Positions 54,042-64,000 of a DNA stretch of 64,000 nt are shown here, in pieces. How positions within the stretch are numbered: the first letter of the stretch is position 1; the number at the start of each line of letters is the position of its first letter. The stretch spans positions 37,250 through 101,249 of the forward strand of contig JAVJSW010000001.1 of NCBI GenBank assembly GCA_040219255.1. The letters run 5' to 3'. This DNA is from Sumerlaeia bacterium (GTDB lineage Bacteria; Sumerlaeota; Sumerlaeia; SLMS01; JAHLLQ01). Made by a program: the position numbers and the translations under genes. A model generated the notes under the pieces. It was not told the DNA's origin and made no database searches. It saw only the letters and a list, made by a program, of their open reading frames with translations.

Positions 54042-54087
54042 AGAACGAAAAACCCCCGGCCGCGACCTTGTGGTCCGCGGGCGGGGG
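54042..54087 (-). terminator. Intrinsic terminator after pyruvate dehydrogenase operon (minus strand)
   Basis: On minus strand: cccccgcccgcggacc-acaa-ggtcgcggccggggg hairpin followed by TTTTTCGTTCTT. Confidence 0.6.
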
Positions 54088-54134
54088 CTGGGGATTATTG
54101 CTCGGACTTCTTCGCCGGGCGGCGGGGCCTTGAA

Positions 54135-55466
54135 CTACACCAACATCAGGAACGGATCGTCGAGCGCCGCCTTGAGGTCCTTGAGATAAGCCGCCGCGAC
54201 GGCCCCATCGACGACCCGGTGGTCCGACGACAGGGTCATGTTGAAGACCTTGCCGACGTCCAGGCCACCATTGCGGACGACGGGCTTTTCGAGCACCGCG
54301 CCAACCGCCAGAATGCTGGTCTCCGGCGGGTTGATGATGGCATCGAAGTGATCGATGCCGAACATGCCGAGATTGCTGATGGTCTGAACGCCGCCGGACA
54401 TTTCGGCCGGCTTCAGGCCCTTGTCGCGCGCTTTGCCGGCCAGTTCCTTCAGGTCCTGTGAAATCTGCACGACGCCCTTGCGGTCGGCGTCGCGGATCAC
54501 TGGCGTGACCAGACCTTCGGGCAGCGCCACGGCGCAGGAAATGTGCACCGCGTCCTTGCGGACCATCGTGTTGTTGGCTTCGTCCCATTGGGTGCGCAGC
54601 CACGGATGGCGGCGCAGGGTATTCGCCATGGCCTTGATGATGAAGTGGGTCACCGTGACCTTCTCGTCGGTCAGGTCGCGCACCTTCTTGACGGCGGCGA
54701 GAACGTTAGCGGCGTCCACCTCCACCGTAAGGCTGAAGGACGGCACCTGCTGGCGGCTCTGGACGAGGCGCTTGGCGATGACGCTGCGCATGCCGGAGAC
54801 GGCGAGTTCTTCGTCGCCGCTGGCCGATTCCACCGCGACGGGCTTGCTCTTGACCGGGCTGGCGACGTCTTTGCCTTCGGCGGCGCCATAGCCGCCGGGG
54901 GCCGCGGCCGGGGAGGCCTTGCCGGTGCCGGACTGGAGAGCCTTCTCGATGTCGCGCTTCACGACGCGGCCGCGGGGGCCCGAGCCTTCGATCTGCTTCA
55001 GGTCCAGATCGTTGTCCGACGCCATCTTACGCGCGAGCGGGCTGGCCATGACGGAGCCATTGGAGGCCGCCGCCGGAGCGGACTTTTCTTCCTTGGGGGG
55101 AGCCGGTGCCTTGGCCACAGCCTGCGCCGGCTGCGCCTTGGCGGCCGGTTTGTCTTCCGGAGCCGCTTCCTTCTTCTCTTCCTTCTTGGCCGCCGCACCG
55201 CCGGAGGAAGCCGACGACACGTCTTCGCCGGCCTCGCCCACAAGGGCGATTTCATCGCCAACGCTGGCTTTATCGCCTTCCTTCACCGACAGCTTCAGCA
55301 CGGTGCCGTCTTCAAAGGCTTCCTGTTCCATGACAGCTTTGTCGGTTTCGATTTCGGCCAGGATATCCCCGGCGGAGATCGAATCGCCCTCCTTCACGAG
55401 CCACCGCACGATCGTGCCTTCGCTCATGGTGGGCGACAATTGGAGCAGAGTCACTGGTGTTGCCAT
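54135..55466 (-). CDS. pdhC: Dihydrolipoamide acetyltransferase (E2) of pyruvate/2-oxoacid dehydrogenase complex
   Basis: 443 aa; lipoyl domain (EIETDKA), Ala/Pro linker, E3-binding domain, catalytic domain DHRVVDG. Confidence 0.9.
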   Translation of the reverse strand: MATPVTLLQLSPTMSEGTIVRWLVKEGDSISAGDILAEIETDKAVMEQEAFEDGTVLKLSVKEGDKASVGDEIALVGEAGEDVSSASSGGAAAKKEEKKEAAPEDKPAAKAQPAQAVAKAPAPPKEEKSAPAAASNGSVMASPLARKMASDNDLDLKQIEGSGPRGRVVKRDIEKALQSGTGKASPAAAPGGYGAAEGKDVASPVKSKPVAVESASGDEELAVSGMRSVIAKRLVQSRQQVPSFSLTVEVDAANVLAAVKKVRDLTDEKVTVTHFIIKAMANTLRRHPWLRTQWDEANNTMVRKDAVHISCAVALPEGLVTPVIRDADRKGVVQISQDLKELAGKARDKGLKPAEMSGGVQTISNLGMFGIDHFDAIINPPETSILAVGAVLEKPVVRNGGLDVGKVFNMTLSSDHRVVDGAVAAAYLKDLKAALDDPFLMLV

Positions 55467-55526
55467 AAGGGTCCCATTCCGTTTTCTACATAGGGGGTCG
55501 AGCGTATCGGGTTGATGGAGCAGCGC

Positions 55527-56516
55527 TTAGCTGATGTAGGACACTTGCTTGACGGCCTCCACGACGTCCACCGGGCGAGGAAGAGAAATCTCCTCGAGGT
55601 TGAACGCGTAGCTCAGTGGCACGTCCTTCTGATATACCCGGGCGATTTCCGCGTCCAGGTAATCGAAGCAGCGCGCGTACATTTCGCTCGCGATCCACGC
55701 GCCAACGCTCGCCTTGGGCCAGCTTTCCTCCACCACGACGCAGCGACCGGTCTTCTTGACCGAGTTCGTCAGCGTCTCGAAGTCCAGCGGCGACAGGCTC
55801 CAGCAGTCGATGATTTCGCAACTGACGCCGAATTCGCCCTCCAGGATTTCCACCGCCGGCTCGACCACATGCGTCAACATCCGGCTCCACGTGATGATCG
55901 TCACGTCGGTGCCTTCCTTGTGGACGTTGGCCTTGCCGATGGGCAGGACGTAGTCGGGGTCTTCGTTCACCTCGCCACGCGAATTGTAGAGCTTCTCCGA
56001 CTCGATAAAGATCACCGGGTCGGGGTCACGGATGGCGGCTTTCAAAAGCGCCTTCGCGTTGTCCGGCGTGGAAGGCATGACGACCTTGATGCCCGGAATG
56101 TGAACGTATTGCTGTTCGAGCGACTGGCTGTGCTGGCTGCCGAGGCTGCCGCCGGCGCCGCCCGGCCCGCGCAGAACCATGGGCACTTCGATCTGGCCGC
56201 CGGACATCTGCCGCAGCTTGGCCGCGTTGTTGATGATCTGGTCGAGGGCCAGGATCGCGAAGTTGAAGGTCATCACTTCGATCACGGGGCGCATGCCGAC
56301 GTGGGCGGCACCGATGCCGAGACCCACGAAGCCCGCTTCCGTGATCGGTGCGTCGACGACGCGCTTCTCGCCGAATTTTTCCAGGAGACCCTGGGACACC
56401 TTGTAGGCGCCCTGGTACTGGGCCACTTCCTCGCCCATGAGGAAAATCTGATCGTCGCGCTCCATCTCCTGGGCCAAGGCCAAGCCGAGCGCTTCGCGGA
56501 AAGTCATTTCTGCCAT
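55527..56516 (-). CDS. pdhB: Pyruvate dehydrogenase E1 component beta subunit
   Basis: 329 aa full-length match to transketolase-like E1-beta (MAEMTFREAL..., GIGAAHVGMRPV). Confidence 0.9.
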   Translation of the reverse strand: MAEMTFREALGLALAQEMERDDQIFLMGEEVAQYQGAYKVSQGLLEKFGEKRVVDAPITEAGFVGLGIGAAHVGMRPVIEVMTFNFAILALDQIINNAAKLRQMSGGQIEVPMVLRGPGGAGGSLGSQHSQSLEQQYVHIPGIKVVMPSTPDNAKALLKAAIRDPDPVIFIESEKLYNSRGEVNEDPDYVLPIGKANVHKEGTDVTIITWSRMLTHVVEPAVEILEGEFGVSCEIIDCWSLSPLDFETLTNSVKKTGRCVVVEESWPKASVGAWIASEMYARCFDYLDAEIARVYQKDVPLSYAFNLEEISLPRPVDVVEAVKQVSYIS

Positions 56517-56576
56517 GTTGTTCTCATGTACTCCGTCTGGAAGGTCGCAAACTGGGAAAAGGGGACTCGCCGGCTC

Positions 56577-57680
56577 TTAGCGGAATTCGCCGTCGGGGCC
56601 GATGTAGCCAGGGTAGTCGATGTAAACGTCGCTCCAGATTTCCCGATCGTTGGGGAACGGCGAGTCCTCCGCGAACTTGATCGCGTCCATCACTTCCTCT
56701 TTGATTTCCTTCTCCAACGCCTCGACCTTTTCCTCGGGGAACAGATCGGGGTATTGGGCTTCCAGACGCTTCATCGGGTCGCGAAGCTGCCACTGCGACA
56801 CTTCGTCCTTGGTCCGGTAGGTCTTCGCCGGGTCGGACATCGAGTGTCCGCGATACCGATAGCACACAGCGTTGATAAAGGTCGGGCGCCCTTCTTCGAT
56901 CGCGATGGTGCGCGCTTCGTCGATGGCGGCGTACATCTCCAGCACGTCCATGCCATCAACCTTCACGCCGCGAATGCGGTACGCGCCCGGCGTGCGCAGG
57001 TGCAGCTCGGGCTCGGCACTGGCGCGATGCACCGCCGTGCCCATGCCATACAGGTTGTTCTCGACGATGTAGATCACCGGCAGGTTCCACAACGACGCCA
57101 TGTTGAGGCTCTCGTGGAAGACGCCCTGGTTCATGGCCGCTTCGCCCATGAAACAAACCGCAACGGCCTTTTCCTTGTTGTACATCAGCTTCCAGCCCAC
57201 ACCGGTGGCCAGCGGCACATGGCCGCCGACGATGCCGTTGCCGCCCATCATTCCGTGGCTGACCTTGAACATGTGCATCGAACCACCCTTGCCTTTGGAG
57301 CAACCGGTGGCTTTGCCGAACAATTCGGCCATCACTTCCCGCGAGGAGCAGCCTCGGATCAAAGCCTGGCCGTGATCGCGGTACGTCTGGAAAATGTAAT
57401 CTTTCTCGCCAAGAGCGGCGACCGTGCCGACACCGACGGCTTCCTGACCGATGTACAGGTGGCAGAAGCCTTTGATCTTGCCCATCTGGTACTGCTGGGC
57501 GCACCGCTCCTCGAAGCGGCGGATCAGGAGCATCTGACGGTACATTTCCATCAGCTTCTCCGCGGGGAGATCGACTCGGGGCTTGGGGATTGCGGACTGG
57601 GAGTCCGACACTTCGGACGAAGACGGGCTTTTGGCGTTCTTCGCCTTATCCTCTGCTTGTGCGCTCGTGGCCATAGGCAT
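56577..57680 (-). CDS. pdhA: Pyruvate dehydrogenase E1 component alpha subunit (TPP-binding)
   Basis: TPP motif GDGA-like block (CFMGEAAMNQG...NN.YGMGT), phosphorylation-loop region; start at Met about 57680 (track ORF to 57734). Confidence 0.9.
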   Translation of the reverse strand: MPMATSAQAEDKAKNAKSPSSSEVSDSQSAIPKPRVDLPAEKLMEMYRQMLLIRRFEERCAQQYQMGKIKGFCHLYIGQEAVGVGTVAALGEKDYIFQTYRDHGQALIRGCSSREVMAELFGKATGCSKGKGGSMHMFKVSHGMMGGNGIVGGHVPLATGVGWKLMYNKEKAVAVCFMGEAAMNQGVFHESLNMASLWNLPVIYIVENNLYGMGTAVHRASAEPELHLRTPGAYRIRGVKVDGMDVLEMYAAIDEARTIAIEEGRPTFINAVCYRYRGHSMSDPAKTYRTKDEVSQWQLRDPMKRLEAQYPDLFPEEKVEALEKEIKEEVMDAIKFAEDSPFPNDREIWSDVYIDYPGYIGPDGEFR

Positions 57681-58061
57681 CCTTTCGAATTCCGGACAGG
57701 CCGCGCTGGGCGGCCCGCGACACAGGTCCGGCAAAATGAGAACGTGTCATCAAAAAGGCGGGATCATTGCGCAAAGCCAGATGGGCCTGCGACCGCCCCC
57801 GCGGGCCGCCAGAGCAAGAGTCGTGCAGACCACCCCGGCATCCAGCGGCGCACTTTCGCACAATCCAACGGCCCACGATACGGGCCACCCGATCGCGCGA
57901 AAGAACCAGGGGAATTTACGGATCGCTCAAAACGCAACGCAACCGCGAAATGCGTCCGCGGGCGCGAAGGTGTGTGGAAAGGCTTTTTCGGAAACAGAGG
58001 GAAAGCGTCGTCGCGTCGCTTGCCGAAGGGTCCAAAGTCCGACGGCGGGCGCGGGGGGACG

Positions 58062-58101
58062 CAAAGAAAAAGCCCCGCCGCACCTCGGATGGGCGGCAGG
58101 G
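58062..58101 (-). terminator. Intrinsic terminator after secretin gene (minus strand)
   Basis: Minus-strand gccctgccgcc...gcggcggggc hairpin followed by TTTTTCTTT. Confidence 0.55.
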
Positions 58102-58159
58102 CTTTGGATTGCTCGGAATCCGCAGGCGTTGGGAAACCCGCGAAACGACCTATGTGGAT

Positions 58160-59683
58160 TTACATCGGGAAGTCGGAGCCGGCTTCGGGAGCCGGATCGA
58201 AGGGGGCGGAGTCGCTGGTCTTCAACGTCGGCTTGATGACGATGGTGACCTTGGTGGTGGTGGTGTCGAAGACGGTTTCGCTGAAGAGCGGGTTGATGAT
58301 CGGGATGTCTTTGAGGATCGGAATGCCGGTGCGGCTCTCGACCGAGTTCTGCTTGTCCAGGCCGCCGATGACGAGGGTTTCGCCGTTGCGGATGTTGGCC
58401 ACGGTGGAGAGATCGCGGCTCGCGATGATCGGAATGTCGGCTTCCTTGCTGAAGCCTACGAGGCTGTTCACGACGACGTCGATGTCGAGGGTCATGCTTT
58501 CGGTGCCGATGAAGGAGAGCAGTTCGACCTTCACGCCTTCGAAGGCGTCGTCGACCACTTCGTTGAACTCGTTGAGGGAGTTGGTGGCGCCGATGTCGGG
58601 CTGCCAGACGGAGTAGGGAATGGCGCGGGTGGAGGAGATAACGGCTTTGTCGCCAGTGGCGGTGCCGCGGAGACCGCCGGCGAGGCCGCCGGGGACGTCT
58701 TCGCTGTTGACCATCGTGATCCGGGTCTTGGTGAGCACCTTGCTGTCGCCGGTCTGAACGGTGTAGTTCAGCAGTTCGGCGGCAATGCGGGCGTCAAAGG
58801 TCAGGATCGTGTCGTAGGTGGCGATTTCCTTATCGAAGAGGCCGGTGGTGCTGCCGGTGGCGGAGTAGCCGAAGGTACCCGTGACGGCGCGGCGGAAGGA
58901 ACCCCAGTCGAGGCCGAGGGCGCCGTTGTCGCCCACTTCGGTCTCGTAGATGGTGACTTCGAGTTCGACTTGCAGCGGGGGCTTGTCGAAGAGTTCGAGA
59001 GCGATGATATCATCGGCGATGTCGGTCGGGTTTTCCACGATGTAGATCGTGTTGGTGGAGTCATCGGCGAAGGGCGGGAAGAGGAACACGCCGACGTTGC
59101 CGAGTTCGGTGGCGCCAAGAATGGCGGTCAACTCGGAGGCGGTGCGGTGCTTGCCGACGTAGGCCACGGCGCCGGGGCCGCCGCCGAAGTCCTTGCCGGT
59201 CGCGTCGAAGAACCGGAAACCGGGGCGGTCGGTCTTCTCGACGATTTCGGTGATGTAGGGCTCCATGAAGTCGGGCATCGTGACGAACAGGTACTGGACA
59301 ACGCGTCCACTGGCGTCCTTGACGTCGTTGGCGCCCATGACTTCCGCGATGCCGCCTTCGTACGCGAGGGTGCGCAGAAGGTAGGACTGAATCTCGATGG
59401 CTTCGGCGTTGTAGATTTCGTACACCTTGCCGATGTAGTTGTTCTTGGCCAAGCCGGGGGCAGGACGGGTCAGATCGCTGGTCTCGCGCTCCAGCGTGTC
59501 GATCGTATCGAGGTAGTAGCGGGGAATACCGCTCGCCTTCACGTTATTGAAGTCGGCGGTGGGGCCGCGGCGATTCGTTTGGATTTCGTTGGTTTGTTGG
59601 GAGAAACCAGTCGCGGCGAGAGTGAGCGCGGCGGCGGAGAAAAGGGCCGCCCGGGTTGAGGAGACTTTGAGAGTCTGCTTCAT
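58160..59683 (-). CDS. Secretin (GspD/PilQ-family outer-membrane channel), short form
   Basis: 507 aa; signal peptide; C-terminal secretin domain (NGETLVIGGLDKQNSVESRTGIPILKDIPIINPLF...VTIVIKPT). Confidence 0.8.
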   Translation of the reverse strand: MKQTLKVSSTRAALFSAAALTLAATGFSQQTNEIQTNRRGPTADFNNVKASGIPRYYLDTIDTLERETSDLTRPAPGLAKNNYIGKVYEIYNAEAIEIQSYLLRTLAYEGGIAEVMGANDVKDASGRVVQYLFVTMPDFMEPYITEIVEKTDRPGFRFFDATGKDFGGGPGAVAYVGKHRTASELTAILGATELGNVGVFLFPPFADDSTNTIYIVENPTDIADDIIALELFDKPPLQVELEVTIYETEVGDNGALGLDWGSFRRAVTGTFGYSATGSTTGLFDKEIATYDTILTFDARIAAELLNYTVQTGDSKVLTKTRITMVNSEDVPGGLAGGLRGTATGDKAVISSTRAIPYSVWQPDIGATNSLNEFNEVVDDAFEGVKVELLSFIGTESMTLDIDVVVNSLVGFSKEADIPIIASRDLSTVANIRNGETLVIGGLDKQNSVESRTGIPILKDIPIINPLFSETVFDTTTTKVTIVIKPTLKTSDSAPFDPAPEAGSDFPM

Positions 59684-59842
59684 AGTTTGTCGCTTCCATC
59701 AATTGGGATGGCCAGGATGTGGCGAACCTAACAGTTGAGAAACAACGAAAGATTGCGGCTAAGACAAATTTGGAGCGGTACGGTATTCTCGCATGTTTTT
59801 ATTGCAATAATTTGCACCTACCGTCCCTAAATCAAAAGCCAC

Positions 59843-60736
59843 TCACTTTTCCCTCAAAAATTCGCTCAGGACGGACTGGAAGGCGTCGGCTTTCTCCATC
59901 CATGGAAAGTGGCCACACTCAGGGATCCGCACGTGTTTCGCATGGCTGGGAAGAACTTCCATCCACATGTCGCCGATGCTCGCCGGCATCGCGTCTTCGG
60001 CTCCGCCGATTTGATAAACCGGCCTGTCGAGCTGCTTCAAATCCAAAAACCAGCCGGTTTCCCCATAAAGTTTTTCCACGCTCGCCGTCGTATCCCGGTG
60101 TACGGGCCAGCTAAATGCCGCAAGCCCAGGCTTTCCCGCCGCATTACTGGGCGCGAAATAGCCCTGATTCAGGAGCGCGTAGCGCTGGGCGTAGTGGCTG
60201 TTCACCTCGTCCTCACTGGGATGGGAAAGACCTTCCAGATGCGCGTCGAGATGGCGCAACTTCTCCTGACCTTCGGGACCCAGGCGCTCCCAAAGCGCGG
60301 CGTCGCGTTCCTCCTGCCAGCCACCGCGAGGCCCCATCGGACAGATCAGCATCAGGCGCTCGACCCGTTCGAGGTGCTGGCTGGCGTAGTACGCCGCCAG
60401 GAATCCGCCCCAACTGTGCGCCAGCAGCCCGATCTTTTCGAAGCCGCCCAGAACCTCGTCCAGCTCGCGCCGCACCGCCTCGATGTCGTCGCTGTTGGCC
60501 TGCACGGTGAAAGGCCCGTCGCTCGGCGATCCGGGACAGCCACGCTGGATGATCCCCACCGGGCGGTAGCCCGCGTCCCGCAAAGGCGGCCCGAACGCCT
60601 TCGACAAGTAATCCGTCACGCCCGGTCCTCCGTGGATCAGGAACATCGGCTTCAGGTCGGAATCGTCCACCCGCACGCGGACCGAGCCGCCGTCGACGGG
60701 AACGCTGCGCATGTGGTGTTGGGGAATGTCGGGCAT
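59843..60736 (-). CDS. Alpha/beta-hydrolase, proline iminopeptidase-like
   Basis: HGGPG oxyanion motif, nucleophile elbow GHSWGG, C-terminal His; start at Met about 60736. Confidence 0.75.
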   Translation of the reverse strand: MPDIPQHHMRSVPVDGGSVRVRVDDSDLKPMFLIHGGPGVTDYLSKAFGPPLRDAGYRPVGIIQRGCPGSPSDGPFTVQANSDDIEAVRRELDEVLGGFEKIGLLAHSWGGFLAAYYASQHLERVERLMLICPMGPRGGWQEERDAALWERLGPEGQEKLRHLDAHLEGLSHPSEDEVNSHYAQRYALLNQGYFAPSNAAGKPGLAAFSWPVHRDTTASVEKLYGETGWFLDLKQLDRPVYQIGGAEDAMPASIGDMWMEVLPSHAKHVRIPECGHFPWMEKADAFQSVLSEFLREK

Positions 60737-60962
60737 GATGGGCTCCTCGGCCAGGATCGGGATAGGGTAGGGAAACGGTATGCCGGAAGCGTACCAGGGG
60801 GGAAAGAGTACAAACATCCTCTGACGCTATTCCGTAAGAAAATTCCGCTATTACAGAATTGATCGGTCCAAGTCTTTGTGTTCTCCTGAATCAATTCTGG
60901 ACCGTCCCATGGCCTCCCTTGGCCGGTCCCCCGAATGCCACACTGAAATAAGGACTTCATCG

Positions 60963-63014
60963 ATGCGCTTTTCCACATCCTCCGGCGCCCTTGCCCTTGG
61001 AGCCCTCCTCCTGGCTGGCCCGGCGCTTGCCCAGGACTCCCCCGCCGCCCACACCGTCACCTCGCCCGGCGACATCCACACGGTGACCTTCACCCTGCGC
61101 GACGGCGCGCCCTTCTACCGCGTCGATCGGCTCGGCGCGCCCTTGATCCTCGACTCGCGCCTGGGTCTGGTGCTCAAGGACGGTCCGAGCATGGACGCCG
61201 ATTTCACGGTCGCCGATTCCTCGACTCGCTCCTTCGACGAAACCTGGACCACGGTCTGGGGAGAATCCGACTCCATCCGCAACAACTACAACGAACTGCG
61301 CGTCCAGCTCCGTAGCGACACCCAGCCCCCGCGCACCCTCGACATCGTCTTCCGCGCTTTCGACGACGGCGTCGGGCTGCGCTACGAAGTGCCAGAGCAG
61401 GAAGGCCTCGGCGCCTTCGAAATCATGGACGAGTTGACCGAGTTCGCCATGACCGGCGACCACATGGCCTGGTGGATCGGCGCCTATCAGGACAACCGCT
61501 ACGAGTACCTGACCAACCACACTCCCGTCAGCGAATTCGAAACCGCGATTACCCCACTGACGATGGAGACCGACGACGGCGTCGCCATCGCGATCCACGA
61601 GGCCGCACTGCTGAATTATTCGAGCATGACGCTGCGTTCGACCGGTAACGCGACCCTGGAGGCGGACCTGATTCCCTGGTCCGATGGCGTGCGCGTCAAG
61701 ACGGCGGCGCCGATGGTGACGCCTTGGCGCACGATCCAGGCGAGCGACGGCCCCGGAGGCCTGATCGAGTCGGACCTGGTCCTCAACCTCAACGAACCCA
61801 ACAAGATCGAGGACACGTCCTGGATCGAGCCGGGCAAGTACGTCGGCATCTGGTGGGAAATGCACCTGGGCACCTCCTCCTGGTCCATTGGCGAGACGCA
61901 TGGCGCCACCACGGAAAACACGAAGCGCTACATCGATTTCGCCGCCGAGCATGGATTCTCCGGTGTGCTCGTTGAGGGCTGGAACAAGGGCTGGGAGCAG
62001 GGCTGGGTCGGCACCGGCGATCACTTCAGCTTCACCGATCCCTACCCGGATTTCGACCTGGAGTACCTGGCGAAGTACGCCGTGGAGAAGGGCACGCGGC
62101 TGATCGGCCACCACGAAACGGGCGGCGGCATCGAGAACTACGAGCGCCAGATGGCCGATGCTTACGCGCTCTACAACGACCTGGGCGTTCGCGCGGTGAA
62201 GACCGGCTACGTGGCCTTTGGCCCGAACCTGCAACGTACCGGCGCCGACGGCCAGAAACACGGCGAATGGCACCATGGTCAATGGATGGTCGAGCATTAC
62301 CAACGCTCGGTCGAAGAAGCCGCCAAACACCAGGTGATGGTCAACATCCACGAACCTATCAAAGACACCGGCATCCGCCGCACCTGGCCCAACCTGATGA
62401 CCCGCGAAGGCGCCCGGGGCCAGGAGTACAACGCTTGGAACGAGGAAGGTAGCAACCCGCCGGACCACACGGTCATCGTGCCGTTCACGCGCATGCTGGG
62501 CGGGCCCTTCGATTACACGCCGGGCATCGTGGAGCTTCTCCTTCCCGCCCGCCCCAACAACCGCATCCAGGCCACACTGGCCCGGGAACTGGCCCACTAC
62601 GTGACGATCTACAGCCCGCTGCAGATGGCCGCCGACCTGCCGGAAAACTACGAGGCCCATCCCGAACCCTTCGCCTTCATCAAGGCCGTCCCCGCCGATT
62701 GGGCGGAGACGCGGGTCCTGCACGCGGAAATCGGCGACTACCTGACCATGGTGCGCAAGGACCGCGACAGCGAAGACTGGTACCTGGGCAGCACCACCGA
62801 CGAGCACGGACGCCTGCTCAAGGCCCCGCTCGCGTTTCTGACGCCGGGTGTGACTTACACGGCGCAAATCTATCGCGACAGCGCCGACGCCGATTGGGAA
62901 TCCAATCCCTACGGCTTCATCGTGGAAGAAAAGACCGTGACCAGCGCCGACGTGCTGGATCTGCGACTGGCGCCCGGAGGCGGCCAAGCGATCCGCTTCA
63001 CCCCGGCCGAGTGA
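60963..63014 (+). CDS. Glycoside hydrolase family 97 (alpha-glucosidase/alpha-galactosidase, SusB-like)
   Basis: Signal peptide MRFSTSSGALALGALLLAGPALA; GH97 N-domain, catalytic TIM-barrel (VLVEGWNKGWE, calcium/catalytic Glu blocks), C-domain; track ORF start 60876 is upstream of the signal-peptide Met. Confidence 0.85.
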   Translation: MRFSTSSGALALGALLLAGPALAQDSPAAHTVTSPGDIHTVTFTLRDGAPFYRVDRLGAPLILDSRLGLVLKDGPSMDADFTVADSSTRSFDETWTTVWGESDSIRNNYNELRVQLRSDTQPPRTLDIVFRAFDDGVGLRYEVPEQEGLGAFEIMDELTEFAMTGDHMAWWIGAYQDNRYEYLTNHTPVSEFETAITPLTMETDDGVAIAIHEAALLNYSSMTLRSTGNATLEADLIPWSDGVRVKTAAPMVTPWRTIQASDGPGGLIESDLVLNLNEPNKIEDTSWIEPGKYVGIWWEMHLGTSSWSIGETHGATTENTKRYIDFAAEHGFSGVLVEGWNKGWEQGWVGTGDHFSFTDPYPDFDLEYLAKYAVEKGTRLIGHHETGGGIENYERQMADAYALYNDLGVRAVKTGYVAFGPNLQRTGADGQKHGEWHHGQWMVEHYQRSVEEAAKHQVMVNIHEPIKDTGIRRTWPNLMTREGARGQEYNAWNEEGSNPPDHTVIVPFTRMLGGPFDYTPGIVELLLPARPNNRIQATLARELAHYVTIYSPLQMAADLPENYEAHPEPFAFIKAVPADWAETRVLHAEIGDYLTMVRKDRDSEDWYLGSTTDEHGRLLKAPLAFLTPGVTYTAQIYRDSADADWESNPYGFIVEEKTVTSADVLDLRLAPGGGQAIRFTPAE

Positions 63015-63026
63015 TCCCGTGGCGGC

Positions 63027-64000
63027 TCAGTGAGACGCCGCCACTTCCTTCTCGAACTTCCCTTCACCCTCAAGCAAGACCGGCCGCACCACGTCCCGCC
63101 AGAGTTCATAGCCCTGGCGGTTCATGTGCAGCATGTCCTCGACGAAGAGTTCGGGGCGGGGCGCGCCGTCCGCGCCGAGCATCGGCGCCGCGACATCGAG
63201 GAACGTCACGCGATAATCGCGCTTCGCTTCCTCGGCGAAGAGGGCGTTCATTTCCGCCACTTGCTCGGCGAAACCGGCGCGCGAAGGGCTGGGCTTGACC
63301 GCCAGCACGTACACCCGGGTGCCCGGCAAGCGGACCTCGAGGAGCGCCATGAAGTCTTGGAACTTTTCCAGGATGGTTTCGGGGAAGACACCGTGGGCGA
63401 TGTCGTTGTCGCCTTCGTAGAGCAGGATCGCCCGCGGCTTGTAGGGCGTCACCACTTCATCGAAGTAATGCACCGCATCGTTCATCATGCTGCCGCCAAA
63501 GCCGCGGGGCAAGACGGTCAAGGGGGCGAGGTCTTCCTGGATGTGATCGTGCCAGTGAACGATGCTCGACGACCCGAGCGCCAGCACGCCGCCGGGGGCG
63601 GGCATGGCCTGAGCGTCCTGCGCCTTGAAGCGGTCGATATCCTCGCGCCACCGCTCTGGATCGGGATAGGGCACTTCATTGCTGAGGTCGCGGAAGCGAT
63701 GCACATAGGCGGAAACTTCCGTGTCGTCCTGCACCAGAACGCGGAAGTTGTCCGGGACGTTGAAGTCCGCGGTGAGCATTTCCTGCTCCCAAGTGCCCAG
63801 GGTGAACTTGAACTCGACGAGGGTACCGCCAGGGACGACGAGATCGGCCTCGCGGCGGGTGCCTTCACCGTGCATCAGCTTGCCCTGCGGATGCCAATTG
63901 CGCAGCGAGTCGAGATTCCCGGCGATGTAGACGTCGCCGCTCTCCGGCGGCACAACGGCGGTGACCCGCAATGTCCGGGTCGTGGGCAAATCTTGGGCCG
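63027..64000 (-). CDS. CBM20-like starch-binding domain + SGNH/GDSL hydrolase (partial; 5' end may lie beyond window)
   Basis: N-terminal TLRVTAVVPPESGDVYIAGNLDSLRNWHPQ...EFKFTLGTWEQE (CBM20-like), C-terminal SGNH block (ILLYEGDNDIAHG, DMLHMNRQG). Confidence 0.7.
   Translation of the reverse strand, partial: AQDLPTTRTLRVTAVVPPESGDVYIAGNLDSLRNWHPQGKLMHGEGTRREADLVVPGGTLVEFKFTLGTWEQEMLTADFNVPDNFRVLVQDDTEVSAYVHRFRDLSNEVPYPDPERWREDIDRFKAQDAQAMPAPGGVLALGSSSIVHWHDHIQEDLAPLTVLPRGFGGSMMNDAVHYFDEVVTPYKPRAILLYEGDNDIAHGVFPETILEKFQDFMALLEVRLPGTRVYVLAVKPSPSRAGFAEQVAEMNALFAEEAKRDYRVTFLDVAAPMLGADGAPRPELFVEDMLHMNRQGYELWRDVVRPVLLEGEGKFEKEVAASH

Noticed and set aside
1-64000. CRISPR arrays, rRNA/tRNA genes, transposases/integrases, prophage genes
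   Set aside because: Scanned for direct-repeat arrays, tRNA T-loop/acceptor signatures and transposase/integrase motifs on both strands; none found.

Overview
This 64 kb window is high-GC (about 65%), densely coding bacterial chromosome. The gene content (prepilin-type N-terminal domain proteins, FG-GAP/VCBS beta-propeller proteins, sigma-54 regulation, TIGR03662/TIGR03663-type membrane proteins) loosely suggests the PVC superphylum, but that is only a guess. I support about 44 protein genes. No rRNA, tRNA, CRISPR array or transposase was found.

Housekeeping content includes:
- a partial PfkB kinase, a YceI lipoprotein and an orphan xanthine-dehydrogenase-family molybdopterin subunit downstream of an NtrC-type sigma-54 activator
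- an ornithine-carbamoyltransferase-family gene with an unusual HDLP motif, a DEAD-box helicase, a bile-acid:sodium-symporter-type transporter and Dps
- biosynthetic acetolactate synthase ilvB, preceded by a textbook Val-rich leader-peptide attenuator
- three aminopeptidases (M17, M42, M28), YajQ, PgsA, a GcvT-family protein, a NifS-type cysteine desulfurase and pdhA-pdhB-E2
- GH97 alpha-glucosidase, a proline-iminopeptidase-like hydrolase and a partial CBM20/SGNH esterase

Signalling content is a histidine kinase beside a PP2C phosphatase, and a STAS / REC-PP2C / ICMT partner-switching operon.

The most unusual locus is a minus-strand operon of YqiJ/NfeD-like gene, then flotillin (SPFH), then a small membrane ORF in a 360-bp low-GC patch, then a 1916-aa giant protein. 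The giant protein has an aromatic-rich N-domain, about 700 aa of coiled coil, a single AAA_5 (dynein/MoxR-type) ATPase module and a C-terminal YbjN-like domain. This is a candidate uncharacterised flotillin-associated mechano-ATPase system.

Other notable systems:
- a translationally coupled YYYxG (TIGR03662-like) and DE/HGP GT-C (TIGR03663-like) membrane-protein pair
- a second DE/HGP GT-C paralogue immediately downstream of a prepilin gene, possibly a pilin-glycosylation module
- a catalytically dead GspE/PilB-like secretion ATPase with intact N1 and zinc-finger elements
- an orphan short secretin
- a frameshifted YxjI/LURP-one-like gene

Many long opposite-strand ORFs in the supplied track are high-GC artefacts.
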